DNA of 61,541 nt from an uncultured Rickettsiales bacterium (GTDB lineage Bacteria; Pseudomonadota; Alphaproteobacteria; Rickettsiales; JABDBP01), in NCBI GenBank assembly GCA_964450945.1, contig CAYVHI010000005.1:1-61541 (forward strand), in the 5' to 3' direction. Under the pieces are notes generated by a model. The model was not told the origin of the DNA. It did no database searches and worked only from the letters and a program-made list of their open reading frames with translations. Positions 48,203 through 57,726 of this stretch are shown piece after piece. Each line of letters begins with the position of its first letter. The first letter of the stretch is position 1. Position numbers and translations under genes: made by a program.

Positions 48203-48535
48203 ATGTCAAATAGTCCAGTTAACCTTAACAATATTCGTGAAATTGCGGCAGGGAATAGTGAACTTGAAAAAGCTTTGTTCAATGAATTCATTAACTCGGC
48301 AGAGGAATGCCTCGCCATCCTTGAGGATCAGAATGATGCAAATAAGTGGCGGGAAGCCGCGCATGCACTTAAAGGCAGCTCAATAAACCTAGGCGCAGAA
48401 AATTTATTCGGTTTATGTAAGAAAGCTCAGGATGAATACGCTAGCTCAATTGATTTTAGAAAAAGCCTGACAGAGGCAATAAAGGAAGAATATCATAAGG
48501 TTAAGGCCTTCCTTACTTCTCTACACCCACTCTAA
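48203..48535 (+). CDS. stand-alone Hpt phosphotransfer protein
   Basis: AAHALKGSSINLGA. Confidence 0.9.
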   Translation: MSNSPVNLNNIREIAAGNSELEKALFNEFINSAEECLAILEDQNDANKWREAAHALKGSSINLGAENLFGLCKKAQDEYASSIDFRKSLTEAIKEEYHKVKAFLTSLHPL

Positions 48536-48773
48536 TTCAATTAATATTTTCTAGAAAAAACCAATAAATGCTTTGACTTGCAGACGTTTTTAATATAAAA
48601 AGCCACTTGAGTTTTAGTAATTTACTCTTAAGGCTAGCACGTTTGCTGCTAATAATTTTTGCAGCGGTACCTTTGATGGTACATATAAGATTTCTTCCAA
48701 AAAGTTTTCTAATAGTGTTTGACGAGGAGAATACGAGGCTCTTTTTTAACACTATCTAACTAAGGAAGTTTAT

Positions 48774-48986
48774 ATGGCTAACGGTACAGTAAAGTGGTTC
48801 AACCCTACAAAAGGTTATGGATTTATTCAACCTGAAGATGGCGGCAAGGATGTGTTCATTCACATCAGTGCTCTTGGTGATGCAGGTCTTCGCACACTCA
48901 ATGAAGGTCAGAGAGTAAGCTTTGAGCTTGAAACCAAAAACGGTAAAACATCAGCTGTTAATATAAAGCTGCTTAACGCTGCTTAA
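48774..48986 (+). CDS. cspA: cold-shock protein
   Basis: [22 protein letters not shown]; TAAGGA RBS. Confidence 0.96.
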   Translation: MANGTVKWFNPTKGYGFIQPEDGGKDVFIHISALGDAGLRTLNEGQRVSFELETKNGKTSAVNIKLLNAA

Positions 48987-49023
48987 GTTAAACGCTTTTT
49001 AAGTTTTACTTTAACAAAAAATT

Positions 49024-49077
49024 CGCCGGGAAAAGTTTTCAAGAAACTTTGTTTCGAAAACTTCCCGGTGTTTTTTT
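49024..49077 (+). terminator. rho-independent terminator after cspA
   Basis: CGCCGGGAA..GTTTTC...GAAAAC-TTCCCGGTG followed by T7. Confidence 0.7.
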
Positions 49078-49165
49078 ACCGGGAGTGTTCTTTTGAGGAT
49101 AGAATAATTCAGATATCTATCTTTTAGTGAATACTCTCATTTTATAAATAATCAAATAATGGTTC

Positions 49166-49287
49166 AGTTTGAATTTTTATGAACCAGATGCAAGGAGCAT
49201 ACGGAGCGGAAAATTCGAGTGTACTTTAAAGGTACATGAGGATTTGAGCACCGGAGCAACATAGCAGATGGCCATAAAAAACAAACT
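49166..49287. repeat. ~120-bp palindromic element, copy 5
   Basis: TIR AGTTTGAATTTTTATG / CATAAAAAACAAACT; interior closely matches 1977-2098; core GTGTAC-TTTAAAG-GTACATGAG. Confidence 0.85.
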
Positions 49288-49307
49288 CTTCCAATCAAGG
49301 AATATAT

Positions 49308-50582
49308 ATGACAAGTTTTAAAGGCTTCGGCCTACCCGTGGTGCTTGAGCAATCGCTGGAGCGTATTGGCTTCACCACCCCTACTCCAATTCAAACCTTA
49401 GCCATTCCTTTGGCTATGGCTGGCCGTGATATTCTCGGCTCGGCACAAACCGGCACCGGTAAAACCGGGGCATTCGCACTCCCTCTCTTAAACAAACTTC
49501 TTACTTCAGACAGGGGTTCGGGGCTTATTCTAACTCCAACCCGTGAACTTGCAGTTCAGGTTATGGATGCCATGCAGAAAATGATGGGCCGCCATTTAAT
49601 CAATACGGCTCTTCTTATAGGCGGTGAATCAATGCCAAAACAATTTGCACAGCTTCAGAAGCGCCCTCGTTTAATCGTTGGTACACCTGGCCGTATTAAC
49701 GACCATCTTGTACGCGGCAGCTTGATTCTTAATGATGCAAGTTTTCTGGTTCTTGATGAAACAGATAGAATGCTTGATATGGGTTTTGGTATACAGATTG
49801 ATAAAATCCTTAAGTATCTGCCAAGGGTTCGCCAAACTTTAATGTTCTCGGCAACTCTGCCTCACAACATTATTAAAATGTCAGAAAAATATCTAAACAA
49901 TCCTGAGCGTATTTCAGTTGGTTCAACAACAACACCTCTTGATAAAATCCAGCAAGAAGTTATCCACACTTCAGATTCTGATAAATATAACCAGCTCTTA
50001 AAACAGCTTGATGAACGCAAAGGTTCTATCATTGTGTTTGTAAAAACCAAGCGAGGCGCAGAAAGAATGGCTGAACGTCTGCGCAAGCAGAATTTTAGTG
50101 CGGATGCAATTCACGGCAATCTTCAGCAACGCAAGCGCGAAAAGGTTATTGATGGTTTCCGCAATAAAAATTACCGCATATTAGTTGCAACTGATATTGC
50201 TGCACGCGGTCTTGATATCCCACATATCGAGCACGTTATCAATTATAACCTGCCACAATGCCCTGAGGATTATATTCACCGTATCGGCAGAACTGCAAGG
50301 GCCGGCGCTGAAGGTTCGGCAATATGCTTTATTTCTCCTGATGAGGCTTCGATATGGAGAGATATCCAGAAATTGATAAACCCAGGTGCAAATGATGATT
50401 CACAAAGGAATCATCATAGGCAGCGCCGTAATAGTGGTAATAACAACGGCAACCATAATAATGGTGATGGCAACGGCTTTAAGAAGCGCGATAAATCAAA
50501 GAAATGGTTTGGTTTCCACGGCAAGCGTAATAAATCTAAATCACGCTTCGGTAGAAACGGGAGCACAAAAGCTGCTGCTTAG
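49308..50582 (+). CDS. DEAD/DEAH-box RNA helicase (RhlE-like, DETD variant)
   Basis: PTPIQ, AQTGTGKT, PTRELA, TPGR, LDETDRM, SAT, ARGLDIP, HRIGRTAR; basic C-terminal tail. Confidence 0.95.
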   Translation: MTSFKGFGLPVVLEQSLERIGFTTPTPIQTLAIPLAMAGRDILGSAQTGTGKTGAFALPLLNKLLTSDRGSGLILTPTRELAVQVMDAMQKMMGRHLINTALLIGGESMPKQFAQLQKRPRLIVGTPGRINDHLVRGSLILNDASFLVLDETDRMLDMGFGIQIDKILKYLPRVRQTLMFSATLPHNIIKMSEKYLNNPERISVGSTTTPLDKIQQEVIHTSDSDKYNQLLKQLDERKGSIIVFVKTKRGAERMAERLRKQNFSADAIHGNLQQRKREKVIDGFRNKNYRILVATDIAARGLDIPHIEHVINYNLPQCPEDYIHRIGRTARAGAEGSAICFISPDEASIWRDIQKLINPGANDDSQRNHHRQRRNSGNNNGNHNNGDGNGFKKRDKSKKWFGFHGKRNKSKSRFGRNGSTKAAA

Positions 50583-50605
50583 TTTAGCTTAAATATCTTA
50601 TAATT

Positions 50606-50631
50606 AAGGGAACTTTCTAGTTCCCTTTTTT
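50606..50631 (+). terminator. rho-independent terminator
   Basis: AAGGGAACT-TTCT-AGTTCCCTT followed by TTTT. Confidence 0.85.
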
Positions 50632-50648
50632 ATTTCTATAAATAGTTA

Positions 50649-50686
50649 TTGACTTCCATATAATATGTCTGTATATCTGGACATAT
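50649..50686 (+). promoter_or_regulatory. sigma70 promoter with overlapping ArsR operator; probably leaderless arsR
   Basis: TTGACT-N17-TATATC; inverted repeat ATATGTC-N10-GACATAT overlapping the -10 box and ATG. Confidence 0.7.
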
Positions 50687-51065
50687 GGAAGTAAAAAAAG
50701 CAATAAAAGCATTATCTGCAATGGCACAGGAAACCCGGCTCATGGTATTAAAAATACTTGTTAAGCATGGCACTGATGGCGCGCCTGCGGGCGTTATAAG
50801 CAAGGAATTAAAAATTCCACATAACACTCTATCGTTCCATCTTTCACATTTAAGTAATGCCGGGCTGGTAAGTTCAGAGCGCACCGGTAGGTCTATAGTT
50901 TATTTTGCAAACTTTAAGGAAGTTCAGAAACTAATTGATTATATAATGGATAACTGCTGCGAGAAAAGTTCATGCTCTCCTTCTCAATGTGAGCCCTCCG
51001 GAAAAAACATAAAAGGTAAGAATGCAAAAACTGACAAAAAAACTTCTATGCAGGCTTGCTGCTGA
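50685..51065 (+). CDS. arsR: ArsR/SmtB repressor with C-terminal vicinal cysteines
   Basis: LSAMAQETRL, NTLSFHLSHL..AGLV, DNCCEKSSC. Confidence 0.9.
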   Translation: MEVKKAIKALSAMAQETRLMVLKILVKHGTDGAPAGVISKELKIPHNTLSFHLSHLSNAGLVSSERTGRSIVYFANFKEVQKLIDYIMDNCCEKSSCSPSQCEPSGKNIKGKNAKTDKKTSMQACC

Positions 51066-51735
51066 ATCCATTGGAACATTTACGATTGTATTTGCCGGGT
51101 GTGGGTCAATAATGGTGCATTCTATTTCACCGTCTGAACTCCCTATAAGCCTTGTTGCTGTAATCTTCGGTCTGGCTGTAACCATAATGATCTATGCTTT
51201 AGGCCATATAAGCGGAGCCCATTTCAATCCGGCGGTCACTATTGCATTTGCATCGGTAAAAAGATTTCTGTGGAAGGAAGTTCCATTCTATTTGTTTGCC
51301 CAGATTACAGGGGCGCTGTTTGCAATATTACTTCTAAGTATAATGCTTCCTGAAACATCAACCTTTGGCGGCACAAAATCCATACTACTGCCTTATCAGG
51401 CCTTTATGTGGGAAATCATCCTCACATTCTTCTTAATGTTTGTAATCATTTCGGTTGCCACTGACAGCCGGGCCGTCGGCATTATGGCCGGAGCGGCAAT
51501 TGGTGCAACCGTAATGCTTGGCGCTTTTATAGGAGGTCCGGTAACCGGTGCCGCCATGAACCCTGCCCGCTATATTGCACCAGCCATGTTTGAGAATAAT
51601 TTTGCTGATATATGGATTTATGTAATTGCCCCATGCCTGGGCGCAGTGATAGCGGCATTCATTTATGAAAAAATAAGGTGTGAGACAAACAACGATTTTG
51701 AAAAAGTTAAAAACAAGGCAGGAGGCTGCTGCTGA
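51022..51735 (+). CDS. MIP-family aquaglyceroporin (arsenite channel, AqpS/NIP-like)
   Basis: SGAHFNPAVT and AMNPAR; located between arsR and arsC. Confidence 0.92.
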   Translation: MQKLTKKLLCRLAAESIGTFTIVFAGCGSIMVHSISPSELPISLVAVIFGLAVTIMIYALGHISGAHFNPAVTIAFASVKRFLWKEVPFYLFAQITGALFAILLLSIMLPETSTFGGTKSILLPYQAFMWEIILTFFLMFVIISVATDSRAVGIMAGAAIGATVMLGAFIGGPVTGAAMNPARYIAPAMFENNFADIWIYVIAPCLGAVIAAFIYEKIRCETNNDFEKVKNKAGGCC

Positions 51736-52157
51736 TGAACATATTATTTCTATGTGTCGCCAATTCAGCCAGGAGCCAGATAGCAGAAGGCCTGGCTAAA
51801 AATATTATTAAGAACGCAAATATAGAGAGTGCTGGTTCGGTGCCCAGTGGCAAGGTAAATCCTTTTGCCACAGAAGTGTTGAAAGAAATCGGTATTGATA
51901 TTTCTTCTAATACCTCAAAATCAATTGATAACCTTGATAGTAGTTTTGTAGATAACCTTGATTACGTAATCACCTTGTGTGCAGAGGAAGTTTGCCCGGT
52001 GTTCATATCTAAGGCAAAGAAACTTCACTGGCCACATCCTGATCCGGCGGCAGTAGAGGGTTCTTATGAAGAAAAGTTAAAATCATTCCGCCAGGTAAGA
52101 GAAGATATATCTAGAAAAATCCGCGAAACTTTTTTGGCCAGAAAATCCACTTTTTGA
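51735..52157 (+). CDS. arsC: arsenate reductase, LMW-PTP (thioredoxin-coupled) type
   Basis: FLCVANSARSQ P-loop, CAEEVCP, HWPHPDPA. Confidence 0.93.
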   Translation: MNILFLCVANSARSQIAEGLAKNIIKNANIESAGSVPSGKVNPFATEVLKEIGIDISSNTSKSIDNLDSSFVDNLDYVITLCAEEVCPVFISKAKKLHWPHPDPAAVEGSYEEKLKSFRQVREDISRKIRETFLARKSTF

Positions 52158-52857
52158 CATGCAGGTAATTCCTTATCCTTGTTTTAACAACAATCAGTAG
52201 GAGCGCTATTGAGAAAAGGCACCACACTGCCGGCTGCTCATTGACATTATCTGTACTTAACTTCGCCAGGAACGGCCCCATGAAATAATGATAAAGTGTA
52301 AACCGCCATGAACCATAAAGGAACGGCAGGAAGAAGCCGATAATGGTGAACATGAAAAATCCTTCCTTCAGGAAGGGAACATTCGCCTGAGCAAAATAAT
52401 TGCCTATTCCGTTTGTAGGCACTTCCCAGGCTATATGCCAGTTGCCTGATACCGAACATAATATCTTTCCGCATAGTGGCCTTGCCGAGTCGCACGCGCC
52501 AGCCCATGTAAAAGGATAAAGCTGGATAAGCATGAAAATTGCCGTAACAAAACATAAGAAATACACCGGCATCTCAATTTTCTTTCTTATTTTTTCAGGG
52601 ATAAAATACATGGAGACCATGTTTATAAAAAACGGCTGGAAGGTTATGTGTAAATATCCAAGTAACGTCGCCACCTGATTTACCGGGTTGGTGCATTCGT
52701 CAATGACGCTATAGGTAAAAGCCTGCAGGGCTTCCATAAGTGTGAAATAGCCAAGCGCAATCCACAGCGGCGCCGGCTCTTTCTTATATACTGCATAGGC
52801 GGTGCTTGCAAAACCTATGCCCGCAAGAACTGTTGATGCTTCTCCACTCCAACACAT
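52111..52857 (-). CDS. conserved multi-TM membrane protein (DUF5765-like)
   Basis: MCWSGEAS start, YFTLMEALQ, HITFQPFF, SGNWHIAW, NEQPAVWCLFS. Confidence 0.7.
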   Translation of the reverse strand: MCWSGEASTVLAGIGFASTAYAVYKKEPAPLWIALGYFTLMEALQAFTYSVIDECTNPVNQVATLLGYLHITFQPFFINMVSMYFIPEKIRKKIEMPVYFLCFVTAIFMLIQLYPFTWAGACDSARPLCGKILCSVSGNWHIAWEVPTNGIGNYFAQANVPFLKEGFFMFTIIGFFLPFLYGSWRFTLYHYFMGPFLAKLSTDNVNEQPAVWCLFSIALLLIVVKTRIRNYLHVKKWIFWPKKFRGFF

Positions 52858-52858
52858 A

Positions 52859-54850
52859 TTAAATACTTATACCTAGTTTTGTTCCTTCCATTATTGCTCT
52901 TTTTGCATCCAGCTCTTTTGTATCTCTGGCGCCGCCTATTACATGAACTTTAGCGCCGCCGGAAGATAGATTCCTATATAGAGAATTTTTTGGTTCCTGA
53001 CCAGCACATATGATAACACTATCAACCTTCAGTATTTTTTCTTCTCCATTTGCAGTTATATGAATGCCGGCATCATCTATTTTTTTATAAGTCACCCCGC
53101 CTATCATGGTGACTCCATTTTTTTTCAGTGAAAGTAAGTGAATCCAGCCGGTAGTTTTTCCGAGTGATGAGCCGAACTTTTTATCTTTCCTTTGCAGGAG
53201 ATAGATTTTTCTTTCCGGTTTTGCTGCCTCTGGTTTAATACCTTCGATGCCGCCACGAGCAGTAAATTCCGTATCAATTCCCCACTCATGCATGAATTCT
53301 TTTGTGTCGATATGTTTACCGCCATGCAGCAGGAATTCTGATACATCTATGCCAATCCCGCCAGCACCCATGACCGCAACAGTCTTGCCCACTTCTCTTC
53401 CATTTAAGACATCAATATAATTCATGACCGTCTTATGATCTAACCCATCAACATCTGGTATTTTAGGTGTTACGCCGGTGGCCAGAATAACTTCATCAAA
53501 GTTCTTTAAATCATTTTCTGAAGCTTCCTTGCCCAGTAAAACTTTAACATTAAGGTCTTTAAGCCTGTTATTAAAATAGCGGAGAGTTTCGTAAAACTCT
53601 TCTTTGCCGGGAATTTTTTTTGCCAGGTTGAACTGACCGCCTATTTCTTTTGCTGCTTCAAATATAGTAACTTTATGTCCACGTTCTGCGGCTGTCACGG
53701 CAAATGAAAGTCCCGCCGGTCCGGCGCCAACTACTGCTAAATTCTTTATTTTTTTGGCAGGAATTATTTTAAATTCATCTTCATGGCATGCGGCGGGGTT
53801 AACCAAGCAGGAAGCCATTTTCATTTCAAATGTATGGTCAAGGCATGCCTGGTTGCAGGCAATGCATGTATTGATAAGATCGGCTTTGCCATTTTTTGCC
53901 TTATTTACAAATTCTGGGTCTGCAAGAAGCGGACGCGCCATGGAAACCATATCCGCCTCACCCTCTGCAATTATTTTTTCTGCAACTTCGGGTGTGTTTA
54001 TACGGTTGGCCGCCACAACAGGAATTGAAACATTTTTTTTCAGCTTTGCTGTTACTTCAGAAAACGCCGCACGCGGAACCATGGCGGCAATCGTTGGGAT
54101 TCTGGCCTCATGCCAGCCTATCCCGGTATTTATTACATCAGCTCCCGCTGCCTCAATTTCCTTGGCAAGTTTTACCACTTCATCCCAGCTGCTTCCTTCT
54201 TCAACCAGGTCAAGCATGGAAAGCCTATAGATTATAAGAAAATCTTTTCCCGCAGCTGCGCGCACTTTCTTTATTATCTCCACCGGGAAACGTGCACCAT
54301 TAGCCCATTCATCGCTTCTTTTATTTGTCCTCTTAGCAAGAAACTGGTTTATCAGATATCCTTCCGAACCCATTATCTCAACACCGTCATAGCCCGATTC
54401 CTTGGCAAGTTTTGCTGCATTTGTGAAATCATCAATCTGTTTTATGATTTCAGCTTCTTTTAGTTCCCTCGGGGAAAAAGGTGTTATGGGAGATTGTATG
54501 GCAGAAGCGCTGACACTGTTTTTGTGATAGGCATATCTGCCTGCATGCAGAAGCTGAAGGCAGATATATCCTCCGGCATCATGAACTTTCTCTGTAAGTT
54601 TTTTATGCCCGTCTAATTTTGTCTCAGCATCGATTATTGAGGCTTTTTCGTATAAGAGCCCTTCTTTATTTGGTGAGAAGCCGCCGGTAATTATTAGCCC
54701 AGCGCCTCCTTTCACCCTAACTTCATAGAACCTTGCCAGTTTTTCATAATCATATTCAAGGCCGGTATGCATGGCCCCCATGATGACCCTGTTTTCAAGC
54801 CTGATATGACCTATAGAAATTGGTTTAAAGAGATTTTTATATTCTTTCAT
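52859..54850 (-). CDS. fadH: NADPH-dependent 2,4-dienoyl-CoA reductase
   Basis: MGAMHTGLE, QLLHAGRY, EIMGSEGYLINQF, GIGWHEARIPTI, NTCIACNQACLDH, GAGPAG, LGKTTGWIH. Confidence 0.96.
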   Translation of the reverse strand: MKEYKNLFKPISIGHIRLENRVIMGAMHTGLEYDYEKLARFYEVRVKGGAGLIITGGFSPNKEGLLYEKASIIDAETKLDGHKKLTEKVHDAGGYICLQLLHAGRYAYHKNSVSASAIQSPITPFSPRELKEAEIIKQIDDFTNAAKLAKESGYDGVEIMGSEGYLINQFLAKRTNKRSDEWANGARFPVEIIKKVRAAAGKDFLIIYRLSMLDLVEEGSSWDEVVKLAKEIEAAGADVINTGIGWHEARIPTIAAMVPRAAFSEVTAKLKKNVSIPVVAANRINTPEVAEKIIAEGEADMVSMARPLLADPEFVNKAKNGKADLINTCIACNQACLDHTFEMKMASCLVNPAACHEDEFKIIPAKKIKNLAVVGAGPAGLSFAVTAAERGHKVTIFEAAKEIGGQFNLAKKIPGKEEFYETLRYFNNRLKDLNVKVLLGKEASENDLKNFDEVILATGVTPKIPDVDGLDHKTVMNYIDVLNGREVGKTVAVMGAGGIGIDVSEFLLHGGKHIDTKEFMHEWGIDTEFTARGGIEGIKPEAAKPERKIYLLQRKDKKFGSSLGKTTGWIHLLSLKKNGVTMIGGVTYKKIDDAGIHITANGEEKILKVDSVIICAGQEPKNSLYRNLSSGGAKVHVIGGARDTKELDAKRAIMEGTKLGISI

Positions 54851-54963
54851 TGCAGATAATTTACCTTAATTATTATTAAAACAAAAAAGAATAATTAAAG
54901 GGCTGGTTGCAGATAATTATTAATAGTTATATATTCCATGGATAATTCTTTTTAAAAAGGTAG

Positions 54964-56730
54964 ATGCCATTGTTTTCATTTTTTATATCTGCATTACCTG
55001 ATATCCCTGATCTTATCAGCTTTTCCTTCGTTGCCATTTCATTTGTATTTTATCTTTTTGCCGGCAGAGTAGTAACCAAGGGCAAGCACTCGGTTGAATT
55101 TGAGATTTTGGCTGGATGGGGGCTTGCCTGCCTTATTTTTACTTTCTTCGGGGTTGCTCACATAAAGCTTTATTATGCATACTTCATCTTTATCCCTGTC
55201 GTAATCTATGGCTTTATAAATTTCCCCCTAATAAAAGATGATCTTATCGCGCTTTCAAGAATATTTATTGTTTCACTGCCACTTCTTATTCTTATTATTG
55301 GCACAGATTTATGGCAGTCTGATACCTGGTCTTTCTGGCTGCCGAATTATTATTACATTGAAGAATTCCATGCATTCCCAGAGCAAGGAAAGTTTCCTGA
55401 AATAAGTTTCTTTTATGGTTTTCCATATAATCTCCAGCTTGCGGGATATATAGCTTCGCCGTTTTATGAACTGCCAAAGGCTATGCTGCATTTTAATATT
55501 ATATTAAGCATACTTTTTGCATTATTCATCGCGCGGGTGATCTCTACTAAGAGAATCCTAAGTCTTCCGGAAAAAGCGCCGGGTTGGATTGCCTGTCTTG
55601 GCGGCATCGGTTTTACCACCCTTTTCAATCCTGGTTTTGTTCCTTCCATAGTGTTTTCAAGTTACGGTGATTTCAGCACTTCTTTCCTGCTCGCTGTTTC
55701 ATCTTTTTATCTACTTAGGTTCATAATAGATAAAAAGAATCCTATAAATAATCCTGTTGCGCTTGGACTTATTCTTGCGGCGCTTGCTAACATAAAACAG
55801 GCAAACATCATTCTTGTTGTCATAGTTATTTTCCTTGCCGCAATCACATGCATCTTAAGGAAGCGCAATCTAAAACTGGTTATAATATCATCAGTTATCC
55901 CTGCTGCAATTTATGCTCTCTGGCGTTTTTATATCTATGCATATCTGCCTGAAAGCGAAAACAAGCTGATGTCTTTTGCCGAATGGGATTTTTCCAAGAT
56001 ACCGGAAATTCTTGCAAGCATATTTGATGTAATAATAAGGAAAGGCGGCCTGTTCGGCTTATTCACCATAATTATTGTCTATGCCTTATGGCCGGAGAAG
56101 AAGCGTGAGAATAAAATCCTCTTTCTTTTTACCGGGGGAATAATTCTTCTTTATAACCTTTTCATAATAACAATTTATGTCGGTCATTTTTCTGGCACCA
56201 CAGCGCTTTCCTACTGGCGATATAGCACACATATAGCTCCTCTCGCGCTGGTTACGGTTTTACCTTTCGTAAGAAAATTTTTTAGTAAAATACGTCTCGG
56301 CAAGAAACTTCTGCCAGCATTATTTATTATATACGTTGCCGCAGTTTTACTTCTTATAGGGCATATACGTTATGATCTGGCGCCACGTAAAATATTCATA
56401 CGCAATAACGCTGCTGAGATTGCAGGGCTTTTAGGTAAAAAGAAAGATATGGGAATTGTTACTTATGGAGATAACCGCCTTGATGATTATCTTTCCTATC
56501 GCGGCATCCTGCTTTACCACAGGCGCGATCTGAATATAAACTATTCCCCGCAGACATTTGAAGAAGTAATAAATGATAAAAAATATTCAATCCTGCTTTT
56601 AACCTGTAAACCTGCCGAATTATTCAGCAGGACCAGGCCAAATTCCGTTGTTCTCCTTAAGCGCGCAGGCAGAGACTGGAAATTCATAAAATCATGGAAG
56701 CCACCTAAGGAAATGTGCGTAAGCAAATAG
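54964..56730 (+). CDS. polytopic membrane protein, probable GT-C glycosyltransferase
   Basis: About 14 TM segments; SDTWSFWLPN loop, FPYN, YGD, NIKQ, SYWRY motifs. Confidence 0.55.
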   Translation: MPLFSFFISALPDIPDLISFSFVAISFVFYLFAGRVVTKGKHSVEFEILAGWGLACLIFTFFGVAHIKLYYAYFIFIPVVIYGFINFPLIKDDLIALSRIFIVSLPLLILIIGTDLWQSDTWSFWLPNYYYIEEFHAFPEQGKFPEISFFYGFPYNLQLAGYIASPFYELPKAMLHFNIILSILFALFIARVISTKRILSLPEKAPGWIACLGGIGFTTLFNPGFVPSIVFSSYGDFSTSFLLAVSSFYLLRFIIDKKNPINNPVALGLILAALANIKQANIILVVIVIFLAAITCILRKRNLKLVIISSVIPAAIYALWRFYIYAYLPESENKLMSFAEWDFSKIPEILASIFDVIIRKGGLFGLFTIIIVYALWPEKKRENKILFLFTGGIILLYNLFIITIYVGHFSGTTALSYWRYSTHIAPLALVTVLPFVRKFFSKIRLGKKLLPALFIIYVAAVLLLIGHIRYDLAPRKIFIRNNAAEIAGLLGKKKDMGIVTYGDNRLDDYLSYRGILLYHRRDLNINYSPQTFEEVINDKKYSILLLTCKPAELFSRTRPNSVVLLKRAGRDWKFIKSWKPPKEMCVSK

Positions 56731-56754
56731 CTGACTTTTATCTAATAAAAAAAT

Positions 56755-57726
56755 ATGTCGAAAGTTTATATCATTCATGAAAACCCTTTATGGTTTAGGC
56801 CGCTGGCAAAAATATTTAGAAAGAATAATCTCCCTTATGGAGAGATAGGCATGGAATCTGGCAGCCTTGATATTTCAAGATCCCCGCCTGAGGGGATTTT
56901 CTTCAGCAAAATGAGTGCCTCATCATATACAAGGGGTCACCAGTATTCTCCTGATTATGCTTTTGCCCTGCTTGCCTGGCTGGAGGAAAACGGCCGGAGG
57001 GTTATAAACGGCTCATCTGTGCTCCGCCTGGAAATAAGCAAAATAGATCAGTATATAAAATTAAAGCAGCATGGCATTAATGTTCCGCGCACAGTTGCAT
57101 GCTTTGGTAAAGAAAATATTCTTGAAGTTGCAGAAACTTTTAAAACCCCGTTTATATTAAAACCTAACAGGGGCGGCAAAGGCATTGGCGTTGAACTTTT
57201 CCAGTCACATAAAATGTTAAAAAGTTTTCTCACCGGCAAAAATTATACTGCTTCCATTGACGATATAATGCTGGTGCAGGAATATATTGCATCTCCGGAA
57301 CCATTTATAACCAGGATGGAATTTATTGGCGGCAAGTTCGTCTATGCAGTAAGGGTGGATACCAGCGAAGGGTTTGAACTTTGCCCGGCAGAGGCATGCC
57401 GCATCGACAAACCAAGATCAGCATCTGAAGTTTGCGCCATAGATGCTGATCTTGGCCTTTTCAGGATAATGAAAAACTTTAAGGATCCTATAATCGGTAA
57501 GTTGGAAGGATTTCTGGCGGCGAATAAAATTGAAGTTGCAGGTGTTGAATTCATCAGGGATAAGCAAGGTAAGACCTATGTCTATGATATAAATACCAAT
57601 ACAAATTATAATCCTGAAGCGGAAAAGAAAGCCGACTTTTCTGCAATAAAGGTTCTAACGGAATTTTTAAGAAAAGAGCTGGAAGCAAGCGCGAAAAAAC
57701 AAAAGCACAAAACGGCTTCTTTCTGA
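56755..57726 (+). CDS. RimK/glutathione-synthetase-like ATP-grasp ligase
   Basis: KMSASS.TRGH, ILKPNRGGKGIGV, LVQEYI, GFELCPAEAC, YDINTNTNYN. Confidence 0.88.
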   Translation: MSKVYIIHENPLWFRPLAKIFRKNNLPYGEIGMESGSLDISRSPPEGIFFSKMSASSYTRGHQYSPDYAFALLAWLEENGRRVINGSSVLRLEISKIDQYIKLKQHGINVPRTVACFGKENILEVAETFKTPFILKPNRGGKGIGVELFQSHKMLKSFLTGKNYTASIDDIMLVQEYIASPEPFITRMEFIGGKFVYAVRVDTSEGFELCPAEACRIDKPRSASEVCAIDADLGLFRIMKNFKDPIIGKLEGFLAANKIEVAGVEFIRDKQGKTYVYDINTNTNYNPEAEKKADFSAIKVLTEFLRKELEASAKKQKHKTASF

